A stretch of 64,000 nt of DNA from Andalucia godoyi And28 (Eukaryota; Protista; Jakobida). Positions 61,125 to 64,000 of this stretch are shown here, one piece after another. The stretch covers positions 1 to 64,000 of the forward strand of contig VRVR01000002.1 in NCBI GenBank assembly GCA_009859145.1, given 5' to 3'. Position 1 is the first letter of the stretch. Every line of letters begins with the position of its first letter. Below the pieces are notes generated by a model. That model had not been told where the DNA came from. It saw only the letters and a program-made list of their open reading frames with translations, and ran no database searches. A program made the position numbers and the translations under genes.

Positions 61125-62795
61125 TCAGACAGCACCCCGACGCCGGCCGATTAGAACAGCCACACCAAGAACAGCTGCAACAGCAACGGAAAGCGCTGCA
61201 AATCGCCAGGAAGAAGGCACAATCGATCGAAGGGGAAACGCAGAATGTTTCTCAGCTTCCGAGAACGTCAAGCATGGAAACTCGCGGTCGTCCGAATATA
61301 CAGGTAATGTAAGGATGCTGGGGAGCTGCCCGTCCAACGGTCCTGCCGAGATGGACGATAAATTCAAGGACATCTTGGAAGCATCAGATTTGCGCCAGCG
61401 CCGGATCGCAAATGAGGGTGAAGTAAGTGGATCTTGTGCGTCAGCGATAGCGCTCTGAACGTCGGGTGCATTCATATGCATGGCAGCGTCGCGAGCGGGA
61501 TGATCTGCCACAGTCGAGTTTGGTGAAAACACCAATCGCTTCACAATGGCGCTCCTGGGAGTTCTCATCGCCGATTTTTCTCGAGACTCGTGCAGAGGAG
61601 TTGTGAAGCAAGAAGCTTGGGAAGCATGTTGATGCGCGCTTGGCGGCCTGCTGCAAAAACTGCTTTGAGCATCCTGTAGTTGAATGGGTGACGCCAGCGC
61701 GTGTGAACGAGAGGAATCTGGTGATGACGTTGCCAAAGTCATCGGCGCAGCTGTTTGCTTCGGTGCCTGGCTCTGGGAGAAGTCGACTACTTCATTGCAG
61801 GATCTGGTATCGCGATGTCCAGCAGAAGGGTCGTGCATGGTGATGTTGCTCTGCGACGCTTCTGAGCTTCTGAGACTCCAATGTGGAGCATGAAAAGATC
61901 TCTCGGAGACGTCAACAGCTGCAGAAGCTGGCATGGCACCGTTTCTGATTTCTATCCGAGTCGCCAAGCTTGCAAACAGGAGGCGGAGACGGAAGCAGCA
62001 GTTCGTATGAAGACAAAGTTCGTGCACAAGCTTCCAATAGGATTCCCAGAAGGCCTGGCTCGCATCGTCGACAGCTTCGAAATAGAGAGGTGCATCGTGA
62101 TCGCCACACCCAGGACAGTTCCAGTTCTTGGCTTCGTGGATCCATCGTCGAACGCACGAGAGGATATCCGAATGAGAGATTTTAGAAGGTTCGGCAGAGT
62201 ATGCTTTCAAAGACATCATCAATACTCGAGAAAGTCGAGGAAACAGAAGGGGCTCCGGAGACGACGTGAACTCTTCCTCCGACAGACACGTTCTCCTAGA
62301 CGACACCACTTCCAATGCCGATCGCATCACACATTCGTGCAGTTCCGACCAGCATTGCAGAATGCCGTCGATAAAGTGCACGAATAGCCTTCTCAATCGC
62401 TCCCGCTCCTGCAGAAACGTCGACCCGGATGTGTTCTTGCTGTGACTGCCACGATCAACTGCAAACCGCTCAAACATCTCTTCAACCGCCGCGCCAGCAT
62501 TCAGTTCAATCGCTCCAAGCAGCGCCTGGCTTGACAGCAGACATGCACACATCCAGTCCTGATAATCATCCTCCGAATATACTGAGCGTGTGTCCGGACG
62601 ACTTCTGGACAAGACTTCAAGAGCTTCGAGAGCGTCGGCAACCAAACGAGGCAGCGATCCGGCGTCGAAGCGAGCGGTTGAATGGACATCGCCAGGAGAG
62701 CTGTTCTGAATGTTACGCATTGTGGCGACGCATTCATAGTACTCCGATTGCATTATTTTAAAAAAGTCCCATTCTGCGGCTTGAAGCTGTGTCAT
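61125..62795 (-). CDS. Hypothetical tail-anchored membrane protein
   Basis: 556-aa ORF: helical N-terminal half, Ser/Pro-rich linker, C-terminal TM followed by RRR. Confidence 0.75.
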   Translation of the reverse strand: MTQLQAAEWDFFKIMQSEYYECVATMRNIQNSSPGDVHSTARFDAGSLPRLVADALEALEVLSRSRPDTRSVYSEDDYQDWMCACLLSSQALLGAIELNAGAAVEEMFERFAVDRGSHSKNTSGSTFLQERERLRRLFVHFIDGILQCWSELHECVMRSALEVVSSRRTCLSEEEFTSSPEPLLFPRLSRVLMMSLKAYSAEPSKISHSDILSCVRRWIHEAKNWNCPGCGDHDAPLYFEAVDDASQAFWESYWKLVHELCLHTNCCFRLRLLFASLATRIEIRNGAMPASAAVDVSERSFHAPHWSLRSSEASQSNITMHDPSAGHRDTRSCNEVVDFSQSQAPKQTAAPMTLATSSPDSSRSHALASPIQLQDAQSSFCSRPPSAHQHASQASCFTTPLHESREKSAMRTPRSAIVKRLVFSPNSTVADHPARDAAMHMNAPDVQSAIADAQDPLTSPSFAIRRWRKSDASKMSLNLSSISAGPLDGQLPSILTLPVYSDDREFPCLTFSEAEKHSAFPLRSIVPSSWRFAALSVAVAAVLGVAVLIGRRRGAV

Positions 62796-63067
62796 GTACC
62801 ATAAAATATTTAAATGAGTTTTTGTTTTGTTTTCTTTTTGGGTACACGGGGGCCGTTAAAACCCTGACGTGACAGCGTGGGACATTTCCATACAAGCAGA
62901 CCTCTCGGGTTGCCGATGCGCTCGGGACAATCGCCTGCGTTGCACATTCGAAGCATGAAAATGGGCGCCGTAGCCGAGTGGCTTTTCAGAGCGTCCTGAA
63001 TGCATCTGACGGCCAGCCCAAGTGCTCACGCTAAATCACAAAACACTGTACGGCGTTACGGCGTACT

Positions 63068-63490
63068 GCTCGCCAGATTATTGATCATCGGCTAAAGCTA
63101 TCATCGAAGGCAGATCCAAGCCACATGTTCTTTTTATTGTATTTTTGGGCACCAACTCTCCAATCCTGATCGTTCTGCACCAAGGGATCATCGCAACCAA
63201 CACATTCCCCAAGCGATTCAACATTCAAAATTGAACGATGATTGCGAACAGTGTTGGTCGCGTGGATGCGAAAACTAGCATCTCTCATTTGAGGACGCTG
63301 GAAATGCTCCAGACTACCGATCTTCTCGTGGATACGGAACATCCCGTGCATCCTTTCGTCGTGTATGGCTCTTTCACAACCTGGATTGCCGTCCCCAACT
63401 AAAGAAATGCTGGAAAGGAAATCTTTGTGCCAGTGAAGCATAATCCAAATGGTCGAGGGGCGGTTCTGATGCCGCCTGTCGTACGAGAAT
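63068..63490 (+). repeat. Family B element, copy B5 (most diverged; least disrupted reading frame)
   Basis: ATCGGCTAAAGCTATCATCGAAGGCAGATCCAAG, CACCAAGGGATCATCGC and TTTGAGGACGCT blocks align with B3/B4. Confidence 0.7.
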
Positions 63491-63558
63491 GACAAAGCAG
63501 GAGATTGTCATTGTCGCATCGCATTTGCTCCTTTCGCTTTCGCTCTTTCTTTTTCGTC

Positions 63559-63726
63559 CTCTCTCTCTCTTTCTCTCTCTTTCTCTCTCTTTCTCTCTCT
63601 CTCTTTCTCTTTCTCTCTCTTTCTCTCTCTCTCTGTCTCTCTCTCTTTCTCTCTCTTTCTCTCTCTCTCTTTCTCTCTCTCTTTGTCTCTCTCTCTCTGT
63701 CTCTCTCTCTCTGTCTCTCTCTCTTT
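63559..63726. repeat. Imperfect (CT)n/CTTT tract upstream of the last gene
   Basis: Directly visible. Confidence 0.9.
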
Positions 63727-63799
63727 CATTCATTTATTCTTTCTTCCTTTCTTTTTTGAATCTTTCATTGTACATATTTTTTAAAAGTGTCTGTTTTTA

Positions 63800-64000
63800 A
63801 TGGCGCGGAAGGCTGCGGTGAAGAAGCTCCTAAGGAAGCCTTCGTTGAAGCCAGCAGAAAAGGTTCGTCGAGATTCCTCTTCGGAAGAGGAAGCAGACAG
63901 TATTGATGTTTCTGCGAATCTAAAGCAGTACAAACCGTCTGCGGATCTTGCATTATCTGAAGAATCAGACAGTGAAATCGAAATTCCGTCGTTTGGCACT
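63800..64000 (+). CDS. 5' end of a gene running off the right edge (basic/acidic low-complexity N-terminus)
   Basis: ATG at 63800 after a T-rich leader; MARKAAVKKLLRKPSLKPAEKVRRDSSSEEEAD... is open to the end of the window. Confidence 0.7.
   Translation, partial: MARKAAVKKLLRKPSLKPAEKVRRDSSSEEEADSIDVSANLKQYKPSADLALSEESDSEIEIPSFGT

Noticed and set aside
62971-62981. tRNA A-box match TAGCCGAGTGG, and partial B-box GGTTCGA in B1/B2, suggesting a tRNA gene or SINE
   Set aside because: No cloverleaf and no B-box at the proper distance. The family-B GGTTCGA lacks a matching A-box and is not conserved in B3/B4.

Overview
64 kb of a gene-dense, nearly intron-free eukaryotic (protist) nuclear genome in the standard genetic code. 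The organism is flagellated (DNAI2, CCDC191) and has mitochondria (EF-G2mt, WARS2, Mpv17 family); the taxon cannot be fixed from sequence alone. About 28 host CDS are separated by short AT-rich or microsatellite spacers. The accessory content sits in the GC-richer spacers. (1) An LTR-retrotransposon gag runs off the left edge. (2) Family A: three internally deleted relics of an IS607-like Fanzor2 (eukaryotic TnpB) element at 2.1, 21.1 and 32.5 kb. All three keep a 36-nt right-end hairpin with compensatory changes followed by TGTACAATGT(A/C)GG, a candidate omegaRNA scaffold end. (3) A separate Fanzor1-like C-terminal relic at 38.6 kb. (4) Family B: five dispersed copies (4.5, 24.8, 50.3, 55.1, 63.1 kb) of an unannotated ~400-650 bp element. 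Its copies differ mostly by synonymous changes in one frame, which resembles a decayed kinase, possibly of Crinkler/CR type. No intact Fanzor nuclease, rRNA, tRNA or CRISPR array was found. All assignments are by-eye motif recognition; no database searches were run.
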